A DNA stretch of 63,752 nucleotides, filler included, from Lama guanicoe (Eukaryota): NCBI GenBank assembly GCA_013239625.1. It is 208 parts of 208 records of this genome, joined end to end, with 100 filler letters (N's around TTAATTAATTAA, not from the genome) between each part and the next. Parts side by side here need not be neighbours in the genome. Positions count along the whole stretch, not along the records: positions 62,932 to 63,138 come from PNXV01034366.1; positions 63,239 to 63,445 come from PNXV01034367.1; positions 63,546 to 63,752 come from PNXV01034368.1; 205 more parts are not named here. One strand, written 5' to 3'. This document shows, piece after piece, positions 63,010 to 63,752 of this stretch (its first letter is position 1; every line of letters starts with the position of its first letter). The translations under genes were made by a program, and so were the position numbers. The notes under the pieces were generated by a model that was given only the letters and a program-made list of their open reading frames with translations, ran no database searches and was not told the DNA's origin.

Positions 63010-63752
63010 TATCCACTTAAAGATGGAAAGAATTAGAAATATCGTATACATTATTGTTTTATATACATGTTTTATGAGAATTGATTAACGATTTATCTGC
63101 AGTTTCACAATGTTATAGTCTAATCAATTGAATAAATGNNNNNNNNNNNNNNNNNNNNNNNNNNNNNNNNNNNNNNNNNNNNTTAATTAATTAANNNNNN
63201 NNNNNNNNNNNNNNNNNNNNNNNNNNNNNNNNNNNNNNGAGTCCTCATAGTTAATCAAAAGCCATTTTATCTGAAGATGAAGAATTTGAACAAAAAGTTA
63301 CAACATCATGCGTCTTAAGGTTATTACCAGAAGAGGCAGAGGTGAAGAGGAGACGGTTATGTAATTTAATAACTATGTAAAGAATATGAGCCTATGGAAG
63401 GCGTTATACCAGGGACTAAGGGCCGTGGAAAGTCGCCAGACTCCCNNNNNNNNNNNNNNNNNNNNNNNNNNNNNNNNNNNNNNNNNNNNTTAATTAATTA
63501 ANNNNNNNNNNNNNNNNNNNNNNNNNNNNNNNNNNNNNNNNNNNNGAGTCCATTTTTAGTTTGAACTATCTGTGAAAGAGCTAGAAGAGACACCTGGCAG
63601 TACCTGTAAAGGAGAAACTGTGACTTGGGAGCAGGCAGTGCCGAGATGAGTGTCTATTTATCTTTATTGCAGAGAGCTGGATGTCATTGCAGCCTGGGGA
63701 AGTCCCAGGGACAGAGCTCACCCTCGATGATGAGATCAGTGCTCTAAGGGAA

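Overview
This window is not contiguous genomic DNA. It is an artificial concatenation of 208 unrelated short contigs (204 of 207 bp, 4 of 206 bp) joined by 207 copies of a 100-bp linker, N44-TTAATTAATTAA-N44, which places stop codons in all six frames. The arithmetic closes exactly: 208x207 - 4 + 207x100 = 63752. The fragments are placental-mammal DNA (L1, MLT1/MER21/ERV LTRs, MIR, L2, MER2, CpG-island pieces). The younger L1 3' ends look cetartiodactyl and I recognised no Alu, B1, Bov-tA, PRE1 or CAN SINEs, so a camelid source is plausible but only an inference. Nearly all supplied ORFs are artefacts of reading through the N runs into the linker. Real coding content is limited to short pieces: a frameshifted ZNF229-like zinc-finger array, the C-terminus of an L-amino acid oxidase (Lao1-type), a BPIFB4 exon end, a probable SEC61A1 exon end, and ERV env/gag/integrase and L1 relics. 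Two satellite families recur (a ~250-bp unit and a degenerate 7-mer). Four near-identical contig pairs each have exactly 49 identical bases on both flanks, the signature of unresolved de Bruijn bubbles at k of about 49. Adjacency here is artificial, so no multi-gene system can be inferred, and I found no support for a novel biological system. Gene and repeat names come from recalled sequence similarity, not from database searches.
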